From NCBI GenBank assembly GCA_043814095.1, contig JBDRKI010000102.1, positions 84,308 to 148,307 on the forward strand: a DNA stretch of 64,000 nt. The letters are read 5' to 3'. The notes under the pieces are model-generated. The model was not told the DNA's origin and made no database searches. It saw only the letters and a list, made by a program, of their open reading frames with translations. Shown piece after piece: positions 1 to 10,000 of this stretch (the first letter of the stretch is position 1; each line of letters opens with the position of its first letter). This DNA is from Armatimonadota bacterium. GTDB lineage: Bacteria; Vulcanimicrobiota; JACPDS01; JBDRKI01. A program made the position numbers and the translations under genes.

Positions 1-120
1 ACAAATAAATGGAATCGCGCAATTATTTAAAATTGACGAGATATCATCTGCGCCTCTTTCATTTGCTAAATAAGCAATTAAAGCGGATGTATCTAATATG
101 TAAAAATTTTCTTTAATCAT
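1..120 (-). CDS. vapC: PIN-domain (VapC-type) toxin, 5' part; truncated by window edge, not in ORF track
   Basis: Manual translation from ATG at 120: MIKENFYILDTSALIAYLANERGADDISSILNN..., matching the PIN N-terminal motif (LDTSAL...E). Start overlaps the stop of the upstream AbrB gene. Confidence 0.85.
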   Translation of the reverse strand, partial: MIKENFYILDTSALIAYLANERGADDISSILNNCAIPFIC

Positions 121-352
121 ATTTAAGATTTTCAACTCTTCTTTCTGATCTTCTTTGAGTTATAAGGTCTTTCACGGATATCCCTTTTAAGATGCCGCGC
201 GCATCTTTGCAGCTTTTTCCGGGTATGGGAACAATAACAATTTCGTTCCCCAGATCAATCAGCTCAACTTTGCTTTTCGGCTTCAATCCGTATTTTGCTC
301 TTATGGACGCGGGTATAACTATCTGCCCCTTATTTGATATCTTTATAGTCAT
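113..352 (-). CDS. AbrB/MazE/SpoVT-family antitoxin (VapB)
   Basis: ISNKGQIVIPASIRAKYGLKPKSKV is an AbrB-type swapped-hairpin motif; immediately upstream of the PIN toxin. Confidence 0.88.
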   Translation of the reverse strand: MTIKISNKGQIVIPASIRAKYGLKPKSKVELIDLGNEIVIVPIPGKSCKDARGILKGISVKDLITQRRSERRVENLKYD

Positions 353-378
353 AAATAAGATACCCCCTTCCCAAATAT

Positions 379-407
379 ATTATATACCAAATTATACCAT
401 ATGTCAA
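379..407 (-). promoter_or_regulatory. sigma70 promoter of vapBC operon
   Basis: Minus strand TTGACA-17 nt-TATAAT, a perfect consensus; tandem TGGTATA repeat inside may be the autoregulatory operator. Confidence 0.75.
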
Positions 408-542
408 ACAAAATCATAAAATGTTCTACTTTCATTTAAAAAATACCACTACGGATAATTTCAAATATTCTTTGTTTTTGCAGGAAAACATATTATTTAA
501 TTTAATTATTTCACTTATAGATAACAATTACAGGTAATAATC

Positions 543-2597
543 GTGGAAAAAATAAAACTAATCATAGAAAATATGGACTGTCCCTCATGCGCCGGGACTA
601 TAGAGAAGAACCTTCCGGATAAAAACGGTATTTTATCAGCGCAGGTTAATTTCGCGTCAAAGGCCGTAATAATAGAATACAGTCCGGATAAGACAAATAC
701 AGGGGAAATAGCTAAAAAGCTGAAACTGCTCGGGTTTGGCATAAAAGACGAGAGGAAAAAAGGCAGTAAAAATCTTTATTACTACATAGCTTTTACGGTA
801 GTACCCCTGCTTGTTATCTTACAGCAAATAATATCTCCCCATCATTTGCATTCTAAGGGATTTCCGGTAGCGTCATTAGCGGTAATATTCGCTTTTGGCA
901 CTTTTAAGAGCGCTTATATAAGTTTGAGAAGAAAAAACATAACGGCGGAACTTTATATGTCTCTCGGCATACTGGTCACATTCTTCATGGGAGAATTCGT
1001 GCCTTCCGCGGTTATCGTTCTTTTCCAGAACATAGGCCAGTTTCTGGATGAGTCAACCTCCGCCAAAGCCGCTTCAGCCATACAGGAGATTATAAAAATA
1101 TCGCCTGAAAAAGCTAGGATTATAAACGGTACGGGCCAGATTGAAGTTCCGGCGGAAGAAGTAAAGATAAATGATATAGTGCTTGTTAAATCAGGAGAGA
1201 AGATACCCGTTGACGGCGTTATTATAGAAGGAAACGGTTTTGTAAATCAGAGCTCTATAACAGGGGAATCAATACCCCAGGAAAAAATACCGGGCCTTGA
1301 GGTATATGCATCTTCCATTCTTGAAGAAGGTTTTTTAAAGGTTAAAACTGCCAAGACATACCACAACACGGTATTTTATAAAATTATAAATTTAATTGAA
1401 GAAGCGGATAAGCAAAAATCCAAAGTCCAGAAAATTGCAGATAAATTCGCGGCATATTTCCTCCCTGCCATATTATTCATCGCGGCAACGGTCTTTCTCC
1501 TGTCAAAAAATTTAAACTCCGCGGTTGCTGTCATAATTGTGGCATGCCCCTGTTCAATAGCCGTAGCTACGCCTCTTGCGGTTATGGCAAGCGCAGGGAG
1601 CCTTGCAAGAAGCGGCATTATTATAAAGGGGGGGCTTTCTTTAGAAGTGCTCTCAAAAGTAAACGTAATGGTTATGGATAAGACAGGCACCATAACAATA
1701 GGTGAACCGGAAGTTTCTTCAATTAAAAGCTTTGCGGATGCCGGCGATATGGAGGTATTATCTAAAGCCGCATCCTGCGAAATATATTCAGAGCATCTGC
1801 TTGCAAAAGCGATAATCAAAAAAGCGAAAGAATTAAAAATATACATAGAACATCCGGATAACATAAAAGTAGTCCCGGGCAAAGGAATTACGGCATATAC
1901 AGGTTCTGATATTATACTTATGGGCAATAAATTTCTTTTTGACGGTATAAAAATACCGGAAGAAGCTGTAAAATATGTAGATAAAATTGAAAAAGAAGGA
2001 CAGAGCTCCATCTTAATAGCTTACAACAATATCTTTTACGGTGTTATAGGCATCCAGGACCGGATAAGAGATGAAATTAAACAGGCAATTACTAATTTAA
2101 ATAAATTAGGAATTAAGGATATATATATTGTTACGGGGGACAATAAAGCCGCCGCGGAGAGTCTCGCGAAAAAAATAAATATAGATAAAGTTTATTCGGA
2201 GCAACTCCCTGAAGATAAAGTAAATGTCATCAAAGACCTGCAGAAAGACGGAAAAACTGTTGTTTTTGTCGGAGACGGCATAAATGACGCCCCGGCATTA
2301 AAAACAGCTGATTTAAGCATAGCGATGGGCGTGGCCGGCACCCATATAGCCGTTGAGACTGCCGATATAATTCTTATGAATGACAACCTTAAGCTTCTGC
2401 CTTTAGCTGTAAAGCAGGGAAAAAGAACAGCTTCTACAATAAAGCAGAACATATTTTTCGGGCTTACTTTCAATATACTCGGAGTCATTGCCGCCTCTAT
2501 AGGGCTTCTTGCCCCTATCTGGGCTGCGATGGCGCATGTTATACCCGATGTATTCGTATTCGGAAATTCGGCTAAATTAATAAGGAGGATCAAATGA
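543..2597 (+). CDS. Heavy-metal translocating P1B-type ATPase
   Basis: N-terminal HMA domain (MDCPSC), TGES, CPC, DKTGT, GDGINDAP motifs; GTG start. Confidence 0.95.
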   Translation: MEKIKLIIENMDCPSCAGTIEKNLPDKNGILSAQVNFASKAVIIEYSPDKTNTGEIAKKLKLLGFGIKDERKKGSKNLYYYIAFTVVPLLVILQQIISPHHLHSKGFPVASLAVIFAFGTFKSAYISLRRKNITAELYMSLGILVTFFMGEFVPSAVIVLFQNIGQFLDESTSAKAASAIQEIIKISPEKARIINGTGQIEVPAEEVKINDIVLVKSGEKIPVDGVIIEGNGFVNQSSITGESIPQEKIPGLEVYASSILEEGFLKVKTAKTYHNTVFYKIINLIEEADKQKSKVQKIADKFAAYFLPAILFIAATVFLLSKNLNSAVAVIIVACPCSIAVATPLAVMASAGSLARSGIIIKGGLSLEVLSKVNVMVMDKTGTITIGEPEVSSIKSFADAGDMEVLSKAASCEIYSEHLLAKAIIKKAKELKIYIEHPDNIKVVPGKGITAYTGSDIILMGNKFLFDGIKIPEEAVKYVDKIEKEGQSSILIAYNNIFYGVIGIQDRIRDEIKQAITNLNKLGIKDIYIVTGDNKAAAESLAKKINIDKVYSEQLPEDKVNVIKDLQKDGKTVVFVGDGINDAPALKTADLSIAMGVAGTHIAVETADIILMNDNLKLLPLAVKQGKRTASTIKQNIFFGLTFNILGVIAASIGLLAPIWAAMAHVIPDVFVFGNSAKLIRRIK

Positions 2598-2899
2598 CCG
2601 AAGAGAAAAAAGACCATACCCGGGAGATTAATCCCGAGGACTTATTCCCGCAGGATATATACACTTTTATGAAAGTCCTTATAAGTTCTCTGTCTTCTCA
2701 GGCATGGATATTTTTAGGGTTAGTCCCCCACCCCGTAAGCAAAAAGACGGAAAAAGACATAGCCCAGGTTAAAATAGCCATAGATACGATAGAATTTATC
2801 CATAAACAGATAGAAGACAAGCTTGACGAACAGGAAAAGAATGCGTTCGCAGAGCTGATAGGCAATTTAAAATTAAACTTTATAGAACAGAATAAGTAA
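2594..2899 (+). CDS. DUF1844-family protein
   Basis: LSSQAWIFLGLVPHP...KIAIDT...LKLNF pattern typical of DUF1844. Confidence 0.75.
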   Translation: MTEEKKDHTREINPEDLFPQDIYTFMKVLISSLSSQAWIFLGLVPHPVSKKTEKDIAQVKIAIDTIEFIHKQIEDKLDEQEKNAFAELIGNLKLNFIEQNK

Positions 2900-2908
2900 A
2901 GATTTAGA

Positions 2909-2984
2909 TGGAGCCGGGGAGCGGGTTCGAACCGCCGACCTGCGCGTTACGAGTGCGCTGCTCTGCCAGCTGAGCTACCCCGGC
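2909..2984 (-). tRNA. tRNA-Thr (anticodon CGT), 76 nt with encoded CCA
   Basis: Minus strand GCCGGGGTAGCTCAGCTGGCAGAGCAGCGCACTCGTAACGCGCAGGTCGGCGGTTCGAACCCGCTCCCCGGCTCCA: 7-bp acceptor stem, D arm, CT-CGT-AA loop, TTCGAAC T-loop. Confidence 0.96.
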
Positions 2985-4215
2985 GTTTTGGCTTTATTTT
3001 ATCTTTTTTCTTTTCTTCCTTCTTTTCTTCTTTAATTTTTAACCAGTTTTCTTTTGTGGGAACTTCTATTTTAATTGATTTTTTCTTGCTTCTCTGCCTT
3101 CCAAACTCTATTCTAGCCCCGAAAGTGTTTAGAATATCGTTGTATATGGGAAAATTCAACTCTACCGGAGAAAACTGCAGGTCTTTTAAATAACTGTATT
3201 TGTCAAACAGCACAAGCTGGTACCCATTCTCCTGTCCGTTTGCCGGAGTCAGGATATTGAATACGGCATTACCGTTATTATTATTTATACCGACCCTTAT
3301 CTCTATGCTTTCACTGGTAAAGTCGGATTCATCGTTCTGAATTATCTCCACAAAAATATCCTTAAGCCTTCTTTTATCAATCAGGAGATTGGAGATATCC
3401 TCATGTTTTATATTAAAATTTAATCTTTTGCCGTCTGATCTTTCTTCAATGTAATATTCAATCTCGTTGATAAAATTTTTCAGCTCAACTTCTTCTACTT
3501 TAGACTTAAGGCCTCTTATCTTTTCATTTTCCCATTCATACAAAAAATTTACGGATTTTTGCAGCTGTTTTGCTTTGTTTTCCAGATTGTTGATAAATAA
3601 ATACTTTGTTTCTTCATCTAATTCTTCATTTAAAAGAAGCTCTGATAGCTTATTTATATAATGCAGCGGTTTTTTATACTGGATTATAAGGCCGTTTATA
3701 TAAGCAGATTTTTTTTCTTCATCCGATAAAAGTTCATTATTTATGACTTTCAGCGCGTTTTCCGAATCCTTCAGTTCTTTATTTGCGTTCTCTAAATATT
3801 TTGCGAGCTCTCCCAGTTCTTTGTCTTTAGAAGTTATTTTTTCTTTAAGAACGCTTTTAGCCGCGTTTAATAATGAGATATGCTTTTTTAACTTAGGCGA
3901 TTTTATAAAATGGATTATAAATGTTTTTTCAGATTTTTTATCGGCGCCAATCGCGGCTGAGTGAAAAGCTACCGGATATTCTTCTCCTGTTTTTGTTGAA
4001 ATTACGCCTTCCCCGTCGGTATTTTTCTTTTTAAATATATCTTCTGGCTCCTGCGTCTTGAAATACTCCTCAAGAGGCCTGCCGGCAATCTCTTTTTTGC
4101 CGTATCCGGTTATACCGGCAAAATACCGGTTTGCCGATATAATGCTGCCCTTGCTGTCAACAAGCACAAAGGCGGAGTTAAAAAAATCCAAAGCATCAGT
4201 TTTTAAGTCTTTCAT
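2947..4215 (-). CDS. PAS + coiled-coil + degenerate histidine-kinase-like protein
   Basis: PAS motif (LVDSKGSIISANRYFAGITGYGKKEIAGRPLEEYF), HisKA-like and HATPase-like segments lacking catalytic residues. Start moved to ATG 4215 (GGAG RBS); ORF extends to 4248. Confidence 0.7.
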   Translation of the reverse strand: MKDLKTDALDFFNSAFVLVDSKGSIISANRYFAGITGYGKKEIAGRPLEEYFKTQEPEDIFKKKNTDGEGVISTKTGEEYPVAFHSAAIGADKKSEKTFIIHFIKSPKLKKHISLLNAAKSVLKEKITSKDKELGELAKYLENANKELKDSENALKVINNELLSDEEKKSAYINGLIIQYKKPLHYINKLSELLLNEELDEETKYLFINNLENKAKQLQKSVNFLYEWENEKIRGLKSKVEEVELKNFINEIEYYIEERSDGKRLNFNIKHEDISNLLIDKRRLKDIFVEIIQNDESDFTSESIEIRVGINNNNGNAVFNILTPANGQENGYQLVLFDKYSYLKDLQFSPVELNFPIYNDILNTFGARIEFGRQRSKKKSIKIEVPTKENWLKIKEEKKEEKKKDKIKPKRRGSSAGRAAHS

Positions 4216-4336
4216 AGCATTTTCTCCGTTATATGCAGGTATTCTCAATAAAATTCAGAATACTCACTGGTTGTTAAAAATACCATAATGTATTATAATG
4301 CATAAGTTCAAATTTAGCAATTACACGGAGGAACCT

Positions 4337-5020
4337 ATGAAAGTAATCATACTGGGATCCGGCAGGCAGGGCGCCAGGTTGGCGCTTCTTCTGGAAGCTG
4401 AAAAGTACGATATTACGGTAATAGATAAAGATCCTCTCGCTTTTAACAGGCTGGAAAATTTTCACGGAAAATTAATACTGGGCAACGGAATAGACGAAGA
4501 CGTGCTTGTAAAGGCCGGAATAAAAGAAGCTTACGCTTTTGCCGCGGTTACCAACGGCGATAATACAAATTTAATGGCCGCCCAGATCGCTAAAATTATA
4601 TATAAAGTGCCCAAAGTTGTCTGCAGGATATATGATCCCAGGCGCTCCGGCATATACCATGACCTGGGCATGGATACGGTATGCTCCACAACAACAGGAG
4701 CAAGGATGTTAAGAAATATAATTACGACTCCTAAAGTTTTAAGACAGTACCAGATGGGAGACGGGACCGCTGTGGCCATAGAACTTAAACTGGGTGATAA
4801 GATCGCGAACAAAAAGATAAAAGATATTGAATCACCGGGCAAGTTCAGGGTAAGCGGTGCTGTCAGGAACCATAAACCCGTGGTTGTAACGGATGATTTT
4901 GAGCTTAAGCCGGGAGACCAGATATTCGGGGTTATGGCTACCGAAGAAATAGATTTATTGAAAAAAGTTTTTGACATAGACGAATACGCGGTAAATTATC
5001 CTTTAAAGGGAGGCTACTGA
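4337..5020 (+). CDS. trkA: TrkA/KtrA-family RCK potassium-uptake regulatory subunit
   Basis: MKVIILGSGRQG Rossmann motif, VTNGDNTN, TrkA-C domain; GGAGG RBS before ATG 4337. Confidence 0.9.
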   Translation: MKVIILGSGRQGARLALLLEAEKYDITVIDKDPLAFNRLENFHGKLILGNGIDEDVLVKAGIKEAYAFAAVTNGDNTNLMAAQIAKIIYKVPKVVCRIYDPRRSGIYHDLGMDTVCSTTTGARMLRNIITTPKVLRQYQMGDGTAVAIELKLGDKIANKKIKDIESPGKFRVSGAVRNHKPVVVTDDFELKPGDQIFGVMATEEIDLLKKVFDIDEYAVNYPLKGGY

Positions 5021-5682
5021 TGTTTATTATAATCGTAGGAGGCGGGAAAGTAGGTTATTACCTCTTAAAAGACCTGCTTGAAGCCGGACAGGAAGTCTCA
5101 ATAATAGAAAAAAACAAACAGAAAGCCGACAGTTTAAGTGAAGTTCTGGGCGGTATCGTTATTAACGGCGACGGGTGCGACCCTCTTGTACTGGAAAGAT
5201 CAGGCGCCGAACGCGCCGATATGGTAGTAGCCATAACCGGTGATGATGAAGATAACCTTGTTATATGCCAGGTAACAAAAAGCAAATTCAATGTTCCTTT
5301 CGTGCTGGCCCAGGTTAATAATCCCAAAAATGAATCTATTTTCAAAATTCTCGGCATTGACGCGACAATTTCAAGCACTAACCTCCTGCTCTCTTTAATA
5401 GAGCAGGAAGTAGCGCATAAAGGCATATTCACTTCCCTTCCCATATACAAAAAAGCTGGCGTACAGATCGTGGAAGCCCTTATAACTCCTAAATCTTCAC
5501 TTAACAACAAAACCGTAAAAGATCTCACGCTCCCCCCCCATACCCTGATTACGGGTGTGATAAGGGATGAGAACTGGCTGATACCCGACGGAAACTTTGT
5601 AATCAAAGCAAATGATATGGTTATATGCATAATCAAAGAAGAAAACTATGACCAGATGAAGAAAATGCTCATAAATGAGTAG
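5020..5682 (+). CDS. trkA: TrkA/KtrA-family RCK subunit (second paralog)
   Basis: MFIIIVGGGKVG, ITGDDEDNL, TrkA-C domain; start overlaps upstream stop. Confidence 0.9.
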   Translation: MFIIIVGGGKVGYYLLKDLLEAGQEVSIIEKNKQKADSLSEVLGGIVINGDGCDPLVLERSGAERADMVVAITGDDEDNLVICQVTKSKFNVPFVLAQVNNPKNESIFKILGIDATISSTNLLLSLIEQEVAHKGIFTSLPIYKKAGVQIVEALITPKSSLNNKTVKDLTLPPHTLITGVIRDENWLIPDGNFVIKANDMVICIIKEENYDQMKKMLINE

Positions 5683-5716
5683 TTGAAACCAGTAAAAAAT
5701 GAACAATGAACATGGC

Positions 5717-5755
5717 ATAATAAAAACCGCTTGAGACCCAAGCGGTTTTTATTAT
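5717..5755. terminator. Bidirectional intrinsic terminator between trkA and rho
   Basis: ATAATAAAAACCGCTTG-agacc-CAAGCGGTTTTTATTAT inverted repeat between convergent genes. Confidence 0.8.
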
Positions 5756-5788
5756 ATCCATTTATCTTATCTATTTACAGAATGTTTA

Positions 5789-7123
5789 TTATTTCGTTAT
5801 ATGCTCCTTATGGAGGCTTTTCAAAAAATCTGCATTGCTTTTGGTCTTGTTTAATTTTTCTGAAAATTTTTCGGTTACGTCGCCCGGATCAAAAAGGTCA
5901 AACGCGCGTCTTAAGAGCCATGTCTTTTTCAGATCGTCTTCCGGCAGAAGAAGTTCTTCATGCCTTGTTCCTGACCTTTTAATATCTATAGCAGGGTATA
6001 TTCTTCTCTCGGCAAGGCGCCTGTCAAGATCAAGCTCCATATTGCCGGTGCCTTTAAATTCTTCAAAGATAACGTCATCCATCTTACTGCCTGTTTCAAT
6101 TAAAGCTGTAGCAAGTATTGTAAGGCTCCCGCCTTCTTCAATATTTCTTGCAGAGCCGAAAAATCTTTTAGGCATTCTTAAGGCCGTTGTGTCCAGACCG
6201 CCCGATAAAGTCCTGCCGCTTGCGGGGGTTACGTTATTATACGCCCTGGCAAGCCTTGTAATGCTGTCTAAAAGTATGACAACATCATTGCCTTCTTCAA
6301 CAAGCCTTTTTGCTCTTTCTAAAAGAAGCTCGGATATCCTGGTATGCTGTTCCGGAGGTTCGTCAAAAGTTGAACTTACAACTTCACCCTTTATGGACCT
6401 TTCCATATCCGTTACTTCTTCGGGACGCTCGTCTATAAGAAGGGCCATTAAAACTACTTCCGGGAAATTGCTGGAGATACCGTTTGCTATCTTCTTAAGG
6501 AGAATGGTCTTGCCCGCTTTGGGAGGTGAGACTATAAGGCCTCTCTGGCCTTTGCCTATGGGGCATAGAAGATCTATTATCCTTGTTGATATCTCATTTC
6601 CCACTGTTTCCAGTTCGAACCTTTCATCGGGGAATATAGGGGTTAATTTTTCAAACATGGGCCTTGCTCTTGCAAGTTCAGGGTCTTTATCATTTACCGC
6701 AAGCACCCTTAATAAGCCGTAGTATTTCTCACCGTTTTTAGGAGGTCTTATCTGGCCTGCCACATAATCCCCTACCCTTAAATTAAATCTTTTTATCTGT
6801 GACTGGGATATGTAGATATCTGAACTGCCCGGCAGATAAGTTGAGCTTCTTAAAAACCCGTAGCCGTCAGGCAGTATTTCAAGTATTCCGGAAGAAAAAT
6901 TCAAGCCCTGTTTTATGGCTTGAGCCTCCATGATTTTGTAAATCAGGTCGGGTTTATCATACTTCTGGTAATTCTGTATGCCTGCTTCTTTGGCTTTGGC
7001 GTTAAGAGCCGTTTTGCCGAGTTTTTCAAAAACTCCGTAGTTTTCTACCACTGTTACGTTTTCTGTTCTTGTTTCCCGTTTTTCTTCTTTTTTGATTTCT
7101 TTTTTTGCTTCGTTCTCCGTCAT
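5789..7123 (-). CDS. rho: Transcription termination factor Rho
   Basis: [48 protein letters not shown]. Confidence 0.98.
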   Translation of the reverse strand: MTENEAKKEIKKEEKRETRTENVTVVENYGVFEKLGKTALNAKAKEAGIQNYQKYDKPDLIYKIMEAQAIKQGLNFSSGILEILPDGYGFLRSSTYLPGSSDIYISQSQIKRFNLRVGDYVAGQIRPPKNGEKYYGLLRVLAVNDKDPELARARPMFEKLTPIFPDERFELETVGNEISTRIIDLLCPIGKGQRGLIVSPPKAGKTILLKKIANGISSNFPEVVLMALLIDERPEEVTDMERSIKGEVVSSTFDEPPEQHTRISELLLERAKRLVEEGNDVVILLDSITRLARAYNNVTPASGRTLSGGLDTTALRMPKRFFGSARNIEEGGSLTILATALIETGSKMDDVIFEEFKGTGNMELDLDRRLAERRIYPAIDIKRSGTRHEELLLPEDDLKKTWLLRRAFDLFDPGDVTEKFSEKLNKTKSNADFLKSLHKEHITK

Positions 7124-7142
7124 TTCTCCTCCAGATTTTGCT

Positions 7143-7793
7143 TTACAGTGCCGCCGGCACTTTTTTCCAGTCTTCCATGAATTTCTGTATTCCTATGTCA
7201 GTTAAGGGGTGTTTAAACATCTGCTCTACTATTTTATAGGGGATGGTAGCGATATGCGCTCCCGCTTTTGCCGATTCAACTACATGCTGTGGATGTCTTA
7301 TGCTGGCGGATATAACTTCCGTTTTAAACCCGTAAGTGTCTATTATGGGTATTATTTCGTATAGAAGATCTATGCCGTTCCAGCCTGTATCATCAATCCT
7401 GCCGACAAACGGACTTATATATGTCGCCCCCGCTTTACATGCCAGAAGCGCTTGATTCGCCGAGAAAACAAGAGTAACATTTGTTTTAATATTCTCTTTG
7501 CTGAGAACACTTGTGGCTTTTATGCCTTCTTTTGTCATGGGAACTTTAACAACCACGTTTTCAGACCATTTACTGAGCTGGCGCGCCTCTTTTATAATTC
7601 CTTCGGCGTCCATGCTTACCGCTTCGGCGCTTACGGGCCCTTTGCATATATCACAGATTTCAGTAATTACTTCTTTAAAATCTTTTTTCTCTTTTGATAC
7701 CAGAGACGGGTTTGTTGTAACCCCGTCAATAATACCCCATGAACATGCCGTTCTTATGTCTTCAATATTCGCCGTGTCTAAAAATATTTTCAT
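7143..7793 (-). CDS. tal: Transaldolase (TalC/fructose-6-phosphate aldolase family)
   Basis: [35 protein letters not shown]. Confidence 0.93.
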   Translation of the reverse strand: MKIFLDTANIEDIRTACSWGIIDGVTTNPSLVSKEKKDFKEVITEICDICKGPVSAEAVSMDAEGIIKEARQLSKWSENVVVKVPMTKEGIKATSVLSKENIKTNVTLVFSANQALLACKAGATYISPFVGRIDDTGWNGIDLLYEIIPIIDTYGFKTEVISASIRHPQHVVESAKAGAHIATIPYKIVEQMFKHPLTDIGIQKFMEDWKKVPAAL

Positions 7794-7881
7794 TTCCTTC
7801 CTCCTCGTAATTTAAGATACAATAAAAAATTACTTTCCTTGTGCGGGTGGATTTTTAAAATAACAAGACATCTACATACAC

Positions 7882-8490
7882 TTAGATGGCCGGTTTTTCC
7901 GTCAACCTGCTGTTAATTTTTTTACCGTATTCATTTTCAAGTTTGCTTAAAATATCTTTTGCTTCGGATTTTTCTAAATCTGTTATTATCAACGCATGGT
8001 AATCAGAGGGTATACTTTTGTAATATTTTTCCGCCTCAAACCTGACGGAGGTTTTTTTGTATACTTCAGCGGCCAACGCGATCGCCTTGCTTTTATCCGT
8101 ATATACAGAACCTACATATATTTTAAATTTGTTTAGTTTCGGAATATCCTCTTCTTTAACAGAGTAACCTTTTTGTTTTAAAAGAACTTTTATGCTTTCA
8201 AAAGCGTCATTTTTAGGAAAATCTTGAGCCACAACATAACCCGTAAGTTTCTTTTTATAATCCTTATAGGGGTGTTTATAGGAAGAATTGATGCCTGATT
8301 TATCAAGCAGACTTTTTACCGCGTCTGCTTCCTGTCCTGAATCAAACATCAAGGCAAGAGTCCAGCGCTTTTGCTGGAAGAGCTCTCTTTTTGTTATCTC
8401 TTTCTCTGCCGCCCAGTAAAAATAAGCGTTTAATAAAAGGACAATGAAAACAACGGCTATTAATATTCTTCTTAGAATTTTAATGGACAA
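7882..8490 (-). CDS. Membrane-anchored hypothetical protein with possible SPOR-like repeats
   Basis: N-terminal hydrophobic helix; FKIYVGSVYTDKSKAIALA resembles the SPOR beta-alpha motif. Confidence 0.45.
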   Translation of the reverse strand: MSIKILRRILIAVVFIVLLLNAYFYWAAEKEITKRELFQQKRWTLALMFDSGQEADAVKSLLDKSGINSSYKHPYKDYKKKLTGYVVAQDFPKNDAFESIKVLLKQKGYSVKEEDIPKLNKFKIYVGSVYTDKSKAIALAAEVYKKTSVRFEAEKYYKSIPSDYHALIITDLEKSEAKDILSKLENEYGKKINSRLTEKPAI

Positions 8491-8617
8491 GGTGTATTCT
8501 CCATAAGTGAGTTTGTAAAAGTAAAATCATTCTAACTAAATTCTTAATTCCTGTCAATATTTCATATTCCTTACTTTTTAAAAATTCCCTTTTTATTTTT
8601 GCATTAATTTATCTTAA

Positions 8618-10000
8618 TCAGATATTCAGATATTTATAGATTTCAATTAATAATCCCGTCAAAACCAGCAGTATATATAATACGGAAGTTGCAAGAAGTC
8701 CCGTGTTTCTGTAAATAATTCTGTTTTTGAACAATACTTTGTCAGCTTCAAATACAGGGGCATACTTCCACTTCACCCACCCGCTTATACTGACAATTTT
8801 AAAATCATTCTCCTTAAGGAAAGCTTTAATTTTGCTTCTTAAAATATAATTGCGGAAGTCTATCTTAAGGTAAATCCTGCCTTCATTATTAACAGCTTCT
8901 GTATTTTCATAAACCTTAACTTTTATCAATTTATACGTGTTCATACACAGCAGGAATATTCCTGTAAGAGCAAGCGGTATGCCCATATATATTACCTTAA
9001 GGATAATAAGGACGGCTATTGCCGCAAAAAATAGAATAAGCAGTAAAGTAAATAAGTTTCTTCTTTTATTTGAACTTTCATCATAGATTCTTTCCGATAT
9101 AAGGGGTTGTAAAAGCATCCCGGCGTAACTGCTTACTTTTTTCTCTTCTTTTTCAAAAGCTACTGTCTTTTTCAGGATATCAAGAGCTTCGTTCTCGGGA
9201 AGAGATAAAATATCAAACCTGCCTGTCAGAAATACGGACAGATCAATTATTTTATTCAGGTACCTATTGTCCGTTATAATAAAAGCGGTAAGACAGCTGA
9301 GATAAAATTCATTATCAATATTATGCCGGACAGCTTTGTAATAAAGGTAAATTTGCTTCAAATATATATATTCCCGTCTTTTTCGGGGAATATCCCTGTC
9401 TGAATAATACTGGCTGTTAAATATAAAGAATTTAAAAGGTATGAAGAACATGTATGCCAGTATATTAAGAAGGTTAAGCACTGTGAAAGCGTTTGAGTAA
9501 GGATTAAGAAAAAGCACTGTTTTCTTGAAAATTTTATAATAAATAGAGTATAAAAGTACGGGTATAAAGGATATAAGTGTGGTAGTTTTAAAAGAACCTG
9601 AATTTATATTATACAGCTGGGCTTCAAAAAGAAAAGATATGTCCTTTTTGTCAAAAGCTTTCAGGAGAATGTCGGATATTACAACAACGGGTTTTTTAAA
9701 ACCTATGGTAAAGATAACCGGTATATCTATCTCTGCTATTGCAAAGCTTATATCATGTTTTTTATCAAAATTAAAATTAAGATACCCGCTGTCTATATTC
9801 TTTAATCTCAATACCCTGTAAATCAATTTTTCACTGAAAAGAAAAATTAATACAACCGGCAATAAGGATAAAACAGCAATTATTACATTCTTTGTAACAG
9901 GATTAATCTGTGGGAATAATAAAAACAAAAGACTGAAGAATAGATAAAAGAATACCAGGTAGATGAATGAGGTATAGAATATATGATATTTAAACTTCAT
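8618..10000 (-). CDS. M48/HtpX-like membrane protein lacking HExxH
   Basis: IPVIFTIG...VVISDILLKAFDKKDISFLFEAQLYNI aligns by eye to the M48 core; multiple TM helices. Confidence 0.55.
   Translation of the reverse strand: MKFKYHIFYTSFIYLVFFYLFFSLLFLLFPQINPVTKNVIIAVLSLLPVVLIFLFSEKLIYRVLRLKNIDSGYLNFNFDKKHDISFAIAEIDIPVIFTIGFKKPVVVISDILLKAFDKKDISFLFEAQLYNINSGSFKTTTLISFIPVLLYSIYYKIFKKTVLFLNPYSNAFTVLNLLNILAYMFFIPFKFFIFNSQYYSDRDIPRKRREYIYLKQIYLYYKAVRHNIDNEFYLSCLTAFIITDNRYLNKIIDLSVFLTGRFDILSLPENEALDILKKTVAFEKEEKKVSSYAGMLLQPLISERIYDESSNKRRNLFTLLLILFFAAIAVLIILKVIYMGIPLALTGIFLLCMNTYKLIKVKVYENTEAVNNEGRIYLKIDFRNYILRSKIKAFLKENDFKIVSISGWVKWKYAPVFEADKVLFKNRIIYRNTGLLATSVLYILLVLTGLLIEIYKYLNI

Noticed and set aside
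2899-2990. tRNA-Thr as a prophage or island integration site
   Set aside because: No integrase and no duplicated tRNA 3' end seen in the window
5835-6722. 295-aa plus-strand ORF, and the many similar antisense ORFs in the track
   Set aside because: Shadow frames opposite well-supported genes (rho, pdp, trkA, ATPase); no motifs or RBS
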